Shown piece after piece: positions 1 through 9,895 of a DNA stretch of 32,000 nt. The stretch is from Candidatus Profftella armatura (lineage in GTDB: Bacteria; Pseudomonadota; Gammaproteobacteria; Burkholderiales; Burkholderiaceae), in assembly GCF_000441555.1 (NCBI RefSeq), contig NC_021885.1, positions 330,001 through 362,000 of the forward strand. The letters are read 5' to 3'. How positions within the stretch are numbered: position 1 is the stretch's first letter; every line of letters begins with the position of its first letter. The position numbers and the translations under genes are program-made. The notes under the pieces are model-generated. The model made no database searches, was not told where the DNA came from, and worked only from the letters and a program-made list of their open reading frames with translations.

Positions 1-1
1 C

Positions 2-1042
2 TCTGAAATAATTTTAAATGCCATAAATCCTAGTACGGAAGATTTAATTGCATCTCAAGATATGGTAATTACATTATCAAATTTAGGATATATCAAATCT
101 CAACCAATTTCTGAATATCGCGCACAAAAACGAGGAGGTAGAGGAAAAAAAGCCATGATGACAAAAGATGAAGATTGGATTAATCAACTATTTATAGCTA
201 ATACACATGATTATATCTTATGTTTTTCTAATTATGGTAGATTATATTGGCTAAAGGTTTGGCAAATCCCTCAGGGATCTCGAAATTCACGAGGTAAACC
301 AATTATTAACATGTTTTCATTAAAAAATAAAGAAAAAATTACTGTAATTTTACCTTTATCTAATAATAAACGTGATTTTCCAAAAAATAATTATGTTTTT
401 ATGTCAACTAGTCTAGGTATTGTTAAAAAAACTTTATTGTCAAATTTTAGTAATCCACGTAAATCTGGAATTATTGCTGTTAATTTAAGTAATGAGGATT
501 TTTTAATTGGAGCAGCATTAACTGATGGTAGTTATGATATTATGCTTTTTTCGGATTCTGGTAAAGCAGTACGTTTTAATGAAAATTCTGTACGAGCAAT
601 GGGACGCTCGGCTCGGGGAGTTATAGGTATGAGGCTAGAAAAGAAACAAAAAGTTATAGCCTTATTAGTCTCAAATAATCAAAAACAATCAGTTTTAACT
701 GCAACCGAAAATGGTTATGGTAAACGTACGTTAATAAAAGAATACACAAAACACAATAGAGGTACTAAAGGAATAATTTCAATTAAAACTAATAAACGAA
801 ATGGGAAAGTTGTAGCGGCAACATTGGTTAATAGGTATCATGAAATTATGTTAATTACAACTGGAGGTATTCTTATACGCACACGTGTTTCAGAAATTCG
901 TAAAATGGGAAGATCTACTCAAGGAGTTATTTTAATAACTGTTGAAAATAAATCTAAATTATGTGGAGTACAACGTGTAATGGAAAACGATATTAAAGAT
1001 AATAAAAATAATAGCATATGTAATAAAAATAATAACATATAA
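2..1042 (+). CDS. gyrA: DNA gyrase subunit A, C-terminal part (5' end lies upstream of the window)
   Basis: Frame 2 is open from the window edge (SEIILNAINPSTEDLIASQDMVITLS...). The translation shows repeated GyrA C-terminal beta-pinwheel blades (RGGRGK, SRNSRGKP, GRSARGV, GRSTQGV). It ends in a low-complexity N/K tail and TAA at 1042. Confidence 0.93.
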   Translation, partial: SEIILNAINPSTEDLIASQDMVITLSNLGYIKSQPISEYRAQKRGGRGKKAMMTKDEDWINQLFIANTHDYILCFSNYGRLYWLKVWQIPQGSRNSRGKPIINMFSLKNKEKITVILPLSNNKRDFPKNNYVFMSTSLGIVKKTLLSNFSNPRKSGIIAVNLSNEDFLIGAALTDGSYDIMLFSDSGKAVRFNENSVRAMGRSARGVIGMRLEKKQKVIALLVSNNQKQSVLTATENGYGKRTLIKEYTKHNRGTKGIISIKTNKRNGKVVAATLVNRYHEIMLITTGGILIRTRVSEIRKMGRSTQGVILITVENKSKLCGVQRVMENDIKDNKNNSICNKNNNI

Positions 1043-1110
1043 AATTTGAATTTTTGTAAAAATTAAAAATTTAATCAAATTTCAATTGAATTTAGTTATG
1101 TAAGATAACA

Positions 1111-1779
1111 ATGATAAAAAAATATATTCCAGTTATAACAATAGATGGTCCAACTGCCTCTGGAAAAGGAACTGTAGCACAATTAGTTGCATCGAAATTA
1201 GGTTTTCATTACTTAGATTCAGGTGCATTATATCGATTAGTTACCTTATCTGCAATTAATAATAATGTACAACTAGATAATGAACTAGAATTAGTTATTT
1301 TAATAAAAAAACTGAACTACAATTTTTTAGGTAAAGAAGTATATTTGAATGGTGTTAATGTAACCACATTAATTCGAAATGAAAAAGTAAGTAATAATGC
1401 CTCAAAAATTGCAAAATTTAAAAATATACGAAAAGAATTATTTAAAATACAAGTGAAATTTCGTAAATTTCCAGGATTAGTGGCAGATGGACGTGATATG
1501 GGTACAACAGTTTTTCCGGATGCTTTTTTAAAAATATTCTTAACAGCAGATATTAAACAAAGAACCAAAAGAAGATATAAACAATTGATGCAAAAAGGTT
1601 TTTCTGTTAGCATGAGTGATTTGTTAATAAATTTGATAAAACGTGATATTCGTGATAAAACTCGTAACTTATCGCCTTTAAAATGCCCTGAACAGGCGCA
1701 TTTATTAAATACCTCTAAAATGAACATTAATCAAGTAGTAAATCAGATATTAGATTGGTATAAATATAAAAAAAATTAA
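1111..1779 (+). CDS. cmk: cytidylate kinase
   Basis: 222 aa with P-loop IDGPTASGKGT and the YLDSGALYR motif. The cmk-rpsA adjacency is typical of proteobacteria. Confidence 0.93.
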   Translation: MIKKYIPVITIDGPTASGKGTVAQLVASKLGFHYLDSGALYRLVTLSAINNNVQLDNELELVILIKKLNYNFLGKEVYLNGVNVTTLIRNEKVSNNASKIAKFKNIRKELFKIQVKFRKFPGLVADGRDMGTTVFPDAFLKIFLTADIKQRTKRRYKQLMQKGFSVSMSDLLINLIKRDIRDKTRNLSPLKCPEQAHLLNTSKMNINQVVNQILDWYKYKKN

Positions 1780-1909
1780 AAATATTAATTATTTTATAAT
1801 ATTATTCGACTATTCTTAATAATAGATCGATTTTTCAAACCTAAATCTTATATATTTTACATAAAAATTTATTTATTTAAAAAAAATATTGAATATATTT
1901 TAATATATT

Positions 1910-3616
1910 ATGTCAACTACCATTATTCTTAATCAAGATTCTACAAAAAAAGGTCCAGATAGTTTTGCGACTTTATTTAAAGAATCTTTATTACGTCATG
2001 ATATGCGATCTGGAGAAGTAATTTCTGCTGAAGTTATTGGTTTAGATCGTAATTTTGTTATTATTAATGCAGATTTAAAATCCGAAGCATTTATCCCTAT
2101 TGAAGAATTTAAAAATGATAATGGCGAACTTGAAGTTAAAATTGGTGATTTTGTTTCTGTTGCAATTGAATCTTTAGAAAATGGTTTTGGAGATACTATT
2201 TTATCTCGTGATAAAGCTAAACGTTTAGCTTCATGGCTTTCTTTAGAAAAAGCCATGGAATCTGGAGAAATTATTACTGGCACTATAAATGGAAAGGTTA
2301 AGGGTGGTTTAACTGTTTTAACAAATGGTCTAAAAGCTTTTTTACCTGGCTCACTTGTTGATATACGCCCTGTTAAAGATACCACCCCATTTGAAGGAAA
2401 AACAATGGATTTCAAGGTTATTAAACTTGATCGTAAGCGCAATAATGTTGTATTGTCACATCGCGCGGTAATTGAAGAATCCATGGGAGAAGAACGCCAA
2501 AAACTAATAGAAACTCTTAAAGAAGGATGTACTGTTAAAGGTGTTGTAAAAAATATAACCGATTATGGGGCTTTCATAGATCTAGGTGGAATTGATGGTT
2601 TATTACATATTACTGATATAGCATGGCGTCGTGTTAAACATCCTTCAGAAATTTTAACTATTGGTCAAGATATTTCTACTAAAATTTTAAAATATGATCA
2701 AGAAAAAAATCGCGTTTCATTAGGTATGAAACAATTAGGAATTGATCCATGGATTGGATTATCTTTTCGCTACCCACGAGGAACACGTTTATTGGGTAAA
2801 GTTACTAATTTAACTGATTATGGTGCATTTGTTGAAATTGAAAAAGGTATTGAAGGCCTAGTTCATATATCTGAAATGGATTGGATCAATAAAAATGTTA
2901 CTCCAAGTAAAATTGTTCAATTAAATGATACTGTTGAAATTATGATATTGGAAATAAATGAAGAAAGACGTCGTATTAGTTTGGGAATGAAACAATGTAA
3001 AGATAATCCTTGGGAAAATTTTTCTATCATACACAAAAAAGGCGAGAAAATAAAAGGTATAATTAAATCAATTACTGATTTTGGAATATTTATTGGATTA
3101 GATGGTAATATTGATGGACTTATACATTTATCAGATTTATCCTGGACTGATCCAGGAGAAGAGATTATACGAAATTTTAAAAAGGGAGATGAAATTGAAG
3201 CTATCATACTTTCAATTGATGTTGAAAAAGAACGTATTTCTTTAGGAATTAAACAACTTGAGGGTGATCCATTTAATAATTATGTTAATATAAATGATAA
3301 AGGTTCATTAGTAAACGGTATTATTAAGTCTATTGATACCAATAAAGGAGCAATTATTCAATTATCAAATGAAGTAGAAGGTTATTTACGTATTTCTGAA
3401 GAAGATAATAAACATGAAAAAAAATTAAAAATAGGTGAAAATATTGATGTACTTATTAATCATATTGATCATAAAACACGATATATTCAACTGTCTTTTA
3501 AAAAAAAAGAAGTTATCAAAAAGAAAAAATTATTAACATCCATTAATGCTAACACAATTTCCGGTACAACAAATTTAGGCTTAATATTAAAAGCTGAACT
3601 AGAAAAAATAAAATAA
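1910..3616 (+). CDS. rpsA: 30S ribosomal protein S1
   Basis: 568 aa with six S1 repeats, e.g. DYGAFIDLGGIDGLLHITD, DYGAFVEIEKGIEGLVHISE and DFGIFIGLDGNIDGLIHLSD. Confidence 0.96.
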   Translation: MSTTIILNQDSTKKGPDSFATLFKESLLRHDMRSGEVISAEVIGLDRNFVIINADLKSEAFIPIEEFKNDNGELEVKIGDFVSVAIESLENGFGDTILSRDKAKRLASWLSLEKAMESGEIITGTINGKVKGGLTVLTNGLKAFLPGSLVDIRPVKDTTPFEGKTMDFKVIKLDRKRNNVVLSHRAVIEESMGEERQKLIETLKEGCTVKGVVKNITDYGAFIDLGGIDGLLHITDIAWRRVKHPSEILTIGQDISTKILKYDQEKNRVSLGMKQLGIDPWIGLSFRYPRGTRLLGKVTNLTDYGAFVEIEKGIEGLVHISEMDWINKNVTPSKIVQLNDTVEIMILEINEERRRISLGMKQCKDNPWENFSIIHKKGEKIKGIIKSITDFGIFIGLDGNIDGLIHLSDLSWTDPGEEIIRNFKKGDEIEAIILSIDVEKERISLGIKQLEGDPFNNYVNINDKGSLVNGIIKSIDTNKGAIIQLSNEVEGYLRISEEDNKHEKKLKIGENIDVLINHIDHKTRYIQLSFKKKEVIKKKKLLTSINANTISGTTNLGLILKAELEKIK

Positions 3617-3664
3617 TATTATTTATCTTACCAATAAAAACATTAATTTATTATTCTATTTAAG

Positions 3665-3736
3665 TGCGACCGAAGGGAATCGAACCCCTATCAACAGAAT
3701 CGGAATCTGTAATCTTATCCGTTAGACCACGGTCGC
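3665..3736 (-). tRNA. tRNA-Arg (anticodon CCG)
   Basis: Hand-folded cloverleaf on the minus strand. Acceptor gcgaccg/cggtcgc, D stem gtct/agat, anticodon stem acaga/tctgt with loop ttCCGat, T arm agggg-ttcgatt-ccctt. No encoded CCA. Confidence 0.85.
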
Positions 3737-3880
3737 ATTAAAAAATAATTTAAAATAAAAATAATTAATTAAATTTAATTTATAAACTTATAATTTATAA
3801 ACTTATAAATCATAATTAAATCAATATATTTATTTAAAATTATTATGTTATATTTAATTTTTTATTATTAAAATTTTTTA

Positions 3881-5566
3881 TTACATATTAGGATAATTTG
3901 TTCCACTTCCTCCCTCCGGAGTAATCCATTCAATATTTTGAGTAGGATCTTTTATATCACAAGTTTTACAATGAATACAATTTTGTGCATTAATTTGTAA
4001 ATGTTGGATTTTATTTTTTTCTATTATAAATTCATATACACCAGCTGGACAATAACGAGCCTCAGGTCCCGCATAAATAGAAAAATTTATATGAATAGGT
4101 ATTTTTTTATTTTTTAATATAAGATGTATCGGTTGATCTTCATCATGATTAATATTTGAAACATATATTGAAGAAAGTTTATCAAATGTTAATTTATTAT
4201 CTGGGTTAGGATATTTTATAGGAATATGTTTTGAAGCAGGTTCAAGATAAGTGTAATCTGAATTTATATTATGTAATGTAAAAGGAAATTTTCCGGAAAA
4301 TAATATTTGATCAATCCCTATTATTAACATACCAATATATAATCCTTTTTTCATTGCTGGTTTAAAATTACGAGCTTTATAAAGTTCTTTATATAACCAA
4401 GAAGCTTGAAAACTTGTTTTATATGTTATTAATTTATTAAATTTATTATTAGAACAAATCTTTTTAAATATCGAATCCGCCACTAATATACCGCTTTTTA
4501 TTGAGGTATGTATACCTTTTATACGACTTACATTCATAAATCCTGCATTACAACCAATGAATGCTCCTCCATCAAAAATAAATTCTGGCAATGATTGCAA
4601 CCCCCCAGTTGTTATAGTTCTCGCGCCATAAGAAATTCTTTTTCCACCTTTTAAAATTTTACATATTTTTGGATGAGTTTTATAACGTTGAAACTCCTCA
4701 AATGGAGATAAATAAGGATTTTTATAATCAAGAGAGATAATGTATCCAATAGAAATTTGATTATTTTCCATATGATATAAAAATCCACCACCGTAAGTTT
4801 TATAATCAAGAGGCCAACCAATTGTATGAATTACTAAACCCTTTTTATGTAATTTTGGGTTTATTGTCCAGAGTTCTTTAATTCCTAAACTATAAGTTTG
4901 TGGATCTTTTTTATTATCTAAATTAAATTTTTTAATTATTTGTTTACTGAGATGCCCTCTTGATCCTTCTGCAAATAATGTATATTTTGCATATAATTCT
5001 ATTCCTAATTGAAAATTTTTTTTAATTATACCCTCTTTATTTATACCAAAATTATTAGTAGCAATCCCGCAAACATTATTTTTACTATCATATAAAATTT
5101 CAGATGCAGAAAAACCAGAAAAAATATCTATCCCCATATTTTCTGCTTTTTTACCCATCCAGCGAACTAAATCTGAAAGTGAGATAATATAATTACCGTG
5201 ATTTTTAAAACAAATTGGCAGTATCCAAGATGGAATTTTGTATGATTTTTTTGAAGATAAAAATAAAAAACGTTCTTCTATAACAGGAGTATTGAATAAT
5301 TTATTTAATTTTTCTTTTGGGAATAACTCGAAAATAGATCGTGGATCTATTATTGCTCCTGATAAAATATGTGCCCCAAGTTCACTTCCTTTTTCTAGTA
5401 CACAGATTTTAATTTCTTTATTTTTTTTAATAGCTAATTGTTTAAGCCTGATTGCCGCAGAAAGCCCTGATGGGCCACCTCCAACTATAATCACATCATA
5501 TTCAATAGATTCCCTAGGTCCATATTTATTAATTAAAGAATGATTTAATGAAGATATATAATTCAT
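3881..5566 (-). CDS. electron transfer flavoprotein-ubiquinone oxidoreductase (ETF-QO)
   Basis: 561 aa. N-terminal FAD Rossmann motif DVIIVGGGPSGLSAA. C-terminal 4Fe-4S region CPAGVYEF...NCIHCKTCDIKDP and the PEGGSGTNYPNM tail characteristic of ETF-QO. Confidence 0.92.
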   Translation of the reverse strand: MNYISSLNHSLINKYGPRESIEYDVIIVGGGPSGLSAAIRLKQLAIKKNKEIKICVLEKGSELGAHILSGAIIDPRSIFELFPKEKLNKLFNTPVIEERFLFLSSKKSYKIPSWILPICFKNHGNYIISLSDLVRWMGKKAENMGIDIFSGFSASEILYDSKNNVCGIATNNFGINKEGIIKKNFQLGIELYAKYTLFAEGSRGHLSKQIIKKFNLDNKKDPQTYSLGIKELWTINPKLHKKGLVIHTIGWPLDYKTYGGGFLYHMENNQISIGYIISLDYKNPYLSPFEEFQRYKTHPKICKILKGGKRISYGARTITTGGLQSLPEFIFDGGAFIGCNAGFMNVSRIKGIHTSIKSGILVADSIFKKICSNNKFNKLITYKTSFQASWLYKELYKARNFKPAMKKGLYIGMLIIGIDQILFSGKFPFTLHNINSDYTYLEPASKHIPIKYPNPDNKLTFDKLSSIYVSNINHDEDQPIHLILKNKKIPIHINFSIYAGPEARYCPAGVYEFIIEKNKIQHLQINAQNCIHCKTCDIKDPTQNIEWITPEGGSGTNYPNM

Positions 5567-5591
5567 ATTTTTACCTTAAAATATTTTATAA

Positions 5592-6680
5592 TTAAAATCT
5601 TGCTAATATACGTATATCAGGACCAATTTTTTGTATTTCATGAAACTTTAATTTTATTTTTTTATCTAATGAATAATGAGGAGGTAAAGTAAACATATTA
5701 TATGCTTCTCCAATCAAAATTGGGGATATATATAGCAACAATTCGTCTACACATCCTTCTAATATTAATGCGGTATTTAATTGATAACCAGCCTCAATAT
5801 GAAGTTCATTAATTTTTCTTTTCCCTAATTCAATAATAACCGCTTGAAGATCAACTTTTCCTAAATTATTTGGTAATACAATAACTTCATGACCAAGATC
5901 TTCTAATATTTTTCTTTTCATTGGAAGGTCTGTAGCAGTAAATATACAACTACCACCTCCTTTTAAAACTCTAAAAAATGGGTCAATACGTAAATAACTA
6001 TCAATTACAATACGATATGGTTGATGTGATGTTTTTATTGATCGTACATTTAACCGAGGATTATCTTTTAATACAGTTCCAATTCCCGTTAAAATAGCAC
6101 AAGAGCGCGCTCGCCATATATGGCTGTCATTACGCGATTCTTTTGATGTAATCCATTGACTAGAATTATTATATAAAGAAGTTTTATTATCTAAGCTACT
6201 AGCTATTTTCATACGTACCCATGGTATTCCTCTTTGCATTCTTGAAAAAAAACCAATATTTATCTCGTATGCTTCTTTTTGCATCAATCCTTGTTTAACA
6301 GAAATCCCAGCCGAAATAAGTTGAGCCACTCCTTTTCCTGAAACTAGTGGATTAGGGTCATTGATCGCAATAATAACTTTTTTAATACCAGATTTAATTA
6401 AAGCCTCTGTACAAGGTGGGGTATAACCAAAATAACTACAAGGTTCAAGAGTAATATAAACAGTAGAATTATATACATCATAACCTTGCGCAGCTGCATT
6501 TAAAAGAGCATCAATTTCAGCATGATTCCCACCTGGACTTTTCGTATAACCACAAGAAATAATGCGTTTTTCTTTTACAATAACACACCCAACTCTAGGA
6601 TTAGGAGAACTATTTATTGATAATTTAGCTTGTTGTAAAGCTAACGTCATTGCCATAAAGTCAATTGAATCAAAAAACAT
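5592..6680 (-). CDS. ribD: bifunctional riboflavin biosynthesis protein RibD (pyrimidine deaminase / uracil reductase)
   Basis: 362 aa. CMP/dCMP-type deaminase zinc motifs HAEIDAL and PCSYFGYTPPC, followed by a reductase domain. Confidence 0.93.
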   Translation of the reverse strand: MFFDSIDFMAMTLALQQAKLSINSSPNPRVGCVIVKEKRIISCGYTKSPGGNHAEIDALLNAAAQGYDVYNSTVYITLEPCSYFGYTPPCTEALIKSGIKKVIIAINDPNPLVSGKGVAQLISAGISVKQGLMQKEAYEINIGFFSRMQRGIPWVRMKIASSLDNKTSLYNNSSQWITSKESRNDSHIWRARSCAILTGIGTVLKDNPRLNVRSIKTSHQPYRIVIDSYLRIDPFFRVLKGGGSCIFTATDLPMKRKILEDLGHEVIVLPNNLGKVDLQAVIIELGKRKINELHIEAGYQLNTALILEGCVDELLLYISPILIGEAYNMFTLPPHYSLDKKIKLKFHEIQKIGPDIRILARF

Positions 6681-6868
6681 TATAAAAATAAATTATAACA
6701 ATCAGTTATTATAATATTTATATTGCATTAGAAAATTAAAAAAAAGAAAAATTATAATTATAATTTTTCTTTAAATATATTTTAATTAATATTATATATA
6801 ATAATATAATAAATATTTTTAAAAATAAAAATATATTTTATATACTTTATAAATTAATAATAAATATT

Positions 6869-8245
6869 ATGAATAATATCGTTTATTTTAAAAAAAAATC
6901 TTCAAATAATTTAGTGATAAGAAGTTTAAAAAACGTATGGCATCCTTGTGCGCAAATAAAATATCCTGTAGAAAATAAAAGTAATTTTTATAAAATTCCA
7001 TTGATTCCAATTAGTCATGGAAATGGTCCATGGTTAATTGATGTTTCAGGAAAACGTTATTTAGATGCTATTAGTTCTTGGTGGGTTAATCTTTTTGGTC
7101 ATTCTAATTCTTATATTAATAAAGCATTAAAAAATCAACTTAATAAATTAGAACATGTAATGCTATCTAATTTAACGCATAAACCAGTAATAAAATTATC
7201 AGAAAAATTATCATCTCTTACTCAATATAAACTTGGACATTGTTTTTATGGCTCCGATGGAGCATCTGCCGTTGAAGTTGCTTTGAAAATGAGTTTTCAT
7301 TATTGGTACAACAAAGGATTTTTAAATAAAAAAAAATTTATTTGTTTACAAAATAGTTATCATGGTGAAACATTAGGAGCTTTAGCGGTAACTAATATTC
7401 AGTCATTTAAAGAAATATATACGTCTTTATTAAACAAAACTTATATTATTACCACACCAGATTCAAGAAATATAAATAAAGGAAATAGTGCTAATGAAAT
7501 AGCTAGATGTGCTATTTTTGATTTAGAAATTCTTTTAAAAAAAAATCACAATAAGATTGCTGCTATTATTATTGAACCATTAGTGCAATGTGCTGGTGGT
7601 ATGATAATGTATGATTCAATATATTTAAAGTTAGTTCGTGAAATTTGTAATAATTACAATATTCATTTAATTGCAGATGAAATTGCGGTTGGATGCGGTC
7701 GAACTGGAAAATTTTTTGCTTGTGAGCATGCTGAAATTTGGCCGGATTTTCTTTGTTTATCAAAAGGTATTACAGGAGGTTATTTGCCTTTATCATTAGT
7801 AATGACTACTGATAAAATTTATAATTCAATTTATTATAAAAATAATATAAATATTTTTTTACATTCACATTCATATAGTGGAAATCCATTAGCTTGTTGC
7901 GCTGCATTAGCAACATTAGAAATTTTTAATAAAGATAACATATTACAACGAATTTCTCAGGACATGAAAAAAATTACAAAAGCACTTACTTCTTTAATAA
8001 CACATCCTAAGATTATTAATTTTCGTCAAAAGGGAATGATCTGGGCATTTGATGTTATAATTGAAGACCCAGAACAAATAGAAACATTTTCTAAAAAATT
8101 TTTTGTTGCTGCTTTAAAAAATGAATTATTATTAAGACCGATTGGAAATACAGTTTATTTAATGCCTCCATATATTCTTAATAAAAATGAAATACAACAT
8201 ATGACATCAGCAATTTTTCAAACTTTTAATGAAGTAATTACATAA
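6869..8245 (+). CDS. bioA: adenosylmethionine-8-amino-7-oxononanoate aminotransferase
   Basis: 458 aa, colinear with remembered E. coli BioA (WHP..., SSWW, DEIAVGCGRTGKFFACEH, PLP-lysine context LCLSKGITGG, YLMPPYI). Confidence 0.93.
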   Translation: MNNIVYFKKKSSNNLVIRSLKNVWHPCAQIKYPVENKSNFYKIPLIPISHGNGPWLIDVSGKRYLDAISSWWVNLFGHSNSYINKALKNQLNKLEHVMLSNLTHKPVIKLSEKLSSLTQYKLGHCFYGSDGASAVEVALKMSFHYWYNKGFLNKKKFICLQNSYHGETLGALAVTNIQSFKEIYTSLLNKTYIITTPDSRNINKGNSANEIARCAIFDLEILLKKNHNKIAAIIIEPLVQCAGGMIMYDSIYLKLVREICNNYNIHLIADEIAVGCGRTGKFFACEHAEIWPDFLCLSKGITGGYLPLSLVMTTDKIYNSIYYKNNINIFLHSHSYSGNPLACCAALATLEIFNKDNILQRISQDMKKITKALTSLITHPKIINFRQKGMIWAFDVIIEDPEQIETFSKKFFVAALKNELLLRPIGNTVYLMPPYILNKNEIQHMTSAIFQTFNEVIT

Positions 8246-8253
8246 AAATAAAA

Positions 8254-8281
8254 TTTTGAAATTTACACGTAAATTTCAAAA
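8254..8281. other. perfect 12-bp-stem palindrome with a 4-nt loop, immediately after the bioA stop
   Basis: ttttgaaattta-cacg-taaatttcaaaa read directly. There is no T-tract after it on the + strand, so it is not a canonical intrinsic terminator for bioA. It lies 139 bp upstream of bioB. Confidence 0.4.
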
Positions 8282-8419
8282 AAATATTTAACAATAGATT
8301 ATAAATATTTAACTAAATAAGATTTTTTTTAAAAAATAAATAATATTAAAATATTTTAGATAATTTATTTTTAAATTTTTTATTAAAACAATGATTTATA
8401 ATTCATATTTATAATTAAT

Positions 8420-9466
8420 ATGTCACTGAAAATTATTCAATCTTCTAAAGAATCTAATTCTATAAAAAAAAATAATGCTATTTCATCATCACAATCATTA
8501 ATTTGGAAGCTTGATGAAGTAATTAATTTATTTAATTTACCATTTAATGATTTATTATTTCGCGCTCAAAAAGTACATAGAAAATATTTTGATGCCAATG
8601 AAATTGAATTAGCGGTACTATTATCTATAAAAACCGGAGGTTGTACAGAAGATTGTGGATATTGTCCTCAATCTACACATTATAATACAGAAATTACAGC
8701 TACAAAAATTTTATCTATAGAATCAGTTATTACCGCCGCTCAAAAAGCAAAATCAGATGGAGCTACTAGATTTTGCATGGGAGCAGCATGGAGAGAATTA
8801 AAAGACAGAGATTTAGATAACATTGAAAATATGATTTGTGAGGTTAAAAAAATAGGTTTAGAAACTTGTTTAACATTAGGTATGTTAAATGAAAATCAAG
8901 CATATCGTTTAAAAAAAGTTGGTTTGGATTATTATAATCATAATTTAGATACTTCTCCTAAATTATATGGAGATATTATTAGCACAAGAGATTATGAAAA
9001 TAGACTTAATACACTTAAAAATGTGCGTAATGTAGGTATTAATATATGTTGCGGCGGTATAATAGGATTATCTGAGTCCAGAGATCAGCGTGCAGAATTA
9101 ATTTTTCAATTAGCAAATTTAAATCCATATCCAGAATCAGTTCCTATTAATAATTTAGTACAAATTAAAGGAACTCCATTATATGGTTCTTCTATTTTAG
9201 ATCCATTAGAATTTATACGAACTATAGCTGTCGCACGAATAACTATGCCAACTTCTAGGATAAGAATGTCAGCCGGTCGAAAAGAAATGGGGGAGACAAC
9301 ACAAGCTTTTTGTTTTTTAGCTGGAGCTAATTCAATTTTTTATGGCGATAAACTTTTAACTACTGATAATACAAAAACTAATGATGATAGTAAATTACTT
9401 AAAAAATTAGGAATAAATACTCGAAATATAAAAATTAAAATGAAAAATAATATAAAACAAATTTAG
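8420..9466 (+). CDS. bioB: biotin synthase
   Basis: 348 aa. Radical-SAM cluster motif [19 protein letters not shown], and an overall BioB-like layout. Confidence 0.95.
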   Translation: MSLKIIQSSKESNSIKKNNAISSSQSLIWKLDEVINLFNLPFNDLLFRAQKVHRKYFDANEIELAVLLSIKTGGCTEDCGYCPQSTHYNTEITATKILSIESVITAAQKAKSDGATRFCMGAAWRELKDRDLDNIENMICEVKKIGLETCLTLGMLNENQAYRLKKVGLDYYNHNLDTSPKLYGDIISTRDYENRLNTLKNVRNVGINICCGGIIGLSESRDQRAELIFQLANLNPYPESVPINNLVQIKGTPLYGSSILDPLEFIRTIAVARITMPTSRIRMSAGRKEMGETTQAFCFLAGANSIFYGDKLLTTDNTKTNDDSKLLKKLGINTRNIKIKMKNNIKQI

Positions 9467-9546
9467 ATTTAATAATAAAAAATTAATTATATTACTATTA
9501 AAATATATTTAATTATAATAAAATATATTTAGAATCAAAGATAAAA

Positions 9547-9634
9547 GGAAGTGTGGCCGAGAGGTTTAAGGCACCAGTCTTGAAAACTGGCAACAGGTAA
9601 AACCGGTTCGTGAGTTCGAATCTCACCACTTCCA
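9547..9634 (+). tRNA. tRNA-Ser (anticodon UGA)
   Basis: Acceptor ggaagtg/cacttcc, anticodon stem ccagt/actgg with loop ctTGAaa, long variable arm, T arm gtgag-ttcgaat-ctcac. Confidence 0.88.
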
Positions 9635-9774
9635 TATATTTTAAATAAAAATTTTTTAAATATTTTTAATAATCAATGAAATAAAAATAATTATTGAAAT
9701 TAAATATAATTATTTTTATAATATAATTGTTGAAAATAAAAATATTAATTTTAAATTTAAATATAAATTAAGTC

Positions 9775-9864
9775 GCCCTGGTGGTGAAATGGTATACACA
9801 AGGGACTTAAAATCCCTCGCTAATAAATTAAAGCTTGCCGGTTCAAGTCCGGCCCAGGGCACCA
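9775..9864 (+). tRNA. tRNA-Leu (anticodon UAA), CCA encoded
   Basis: Acceptor gccctgg/ccagggc, anticodon stem aggga/tccct with loop ctTAAaa, long AT-rich variable arm, T arm gccgg-ttcaagt-ccggc, then a-cca. Confidence 0.88.
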
Positions 9865-9895
9865 TTTATTATATAAATCAATACATTATATTCAA

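Noticed and set aside
1317-1727. 136-aa ORF antisense to cmk.
   Set aside because: It lies entirely inside the well-supported cmk gene on the opposite strand. It has a low-complexity composition and no recognisable motifs, and is a typical shadow ORF in AT-rich DNA.
1996-2484. 162-aa ORF antisense to rpsA (also the 96-aa ORF at 2917..3207).
   Set aside because: Both are shadow ORFs inside rpsA. They are Ser/Ile/Pro-rich antisense translations with no homology signal.
3779-3808. 15-bp perfect tandem repeat tttataaacttataa x2 downstream of ETF-QO.
   Set aside because: It is short, in low-complexity A/T sequence, with no associated structure or function I can argue for. It is probably slippage noise.
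5238-5543. 101-aa ORF antisense to ETF-QO.
   Set aside because: Shadow ORF inside a strongly supported gene.
7569-7763. 64-aa ORF antisense to bioA.
   Set aside because: Shadow ORF, short and with no motifs.
8254-8281. Calling the bioA-bioB palindrome a BirA operator (bioO).
   Set aside because: The half-site sequence and spacing do not match the BirA box as I remember it. It is kept only as an unexplained dyad.
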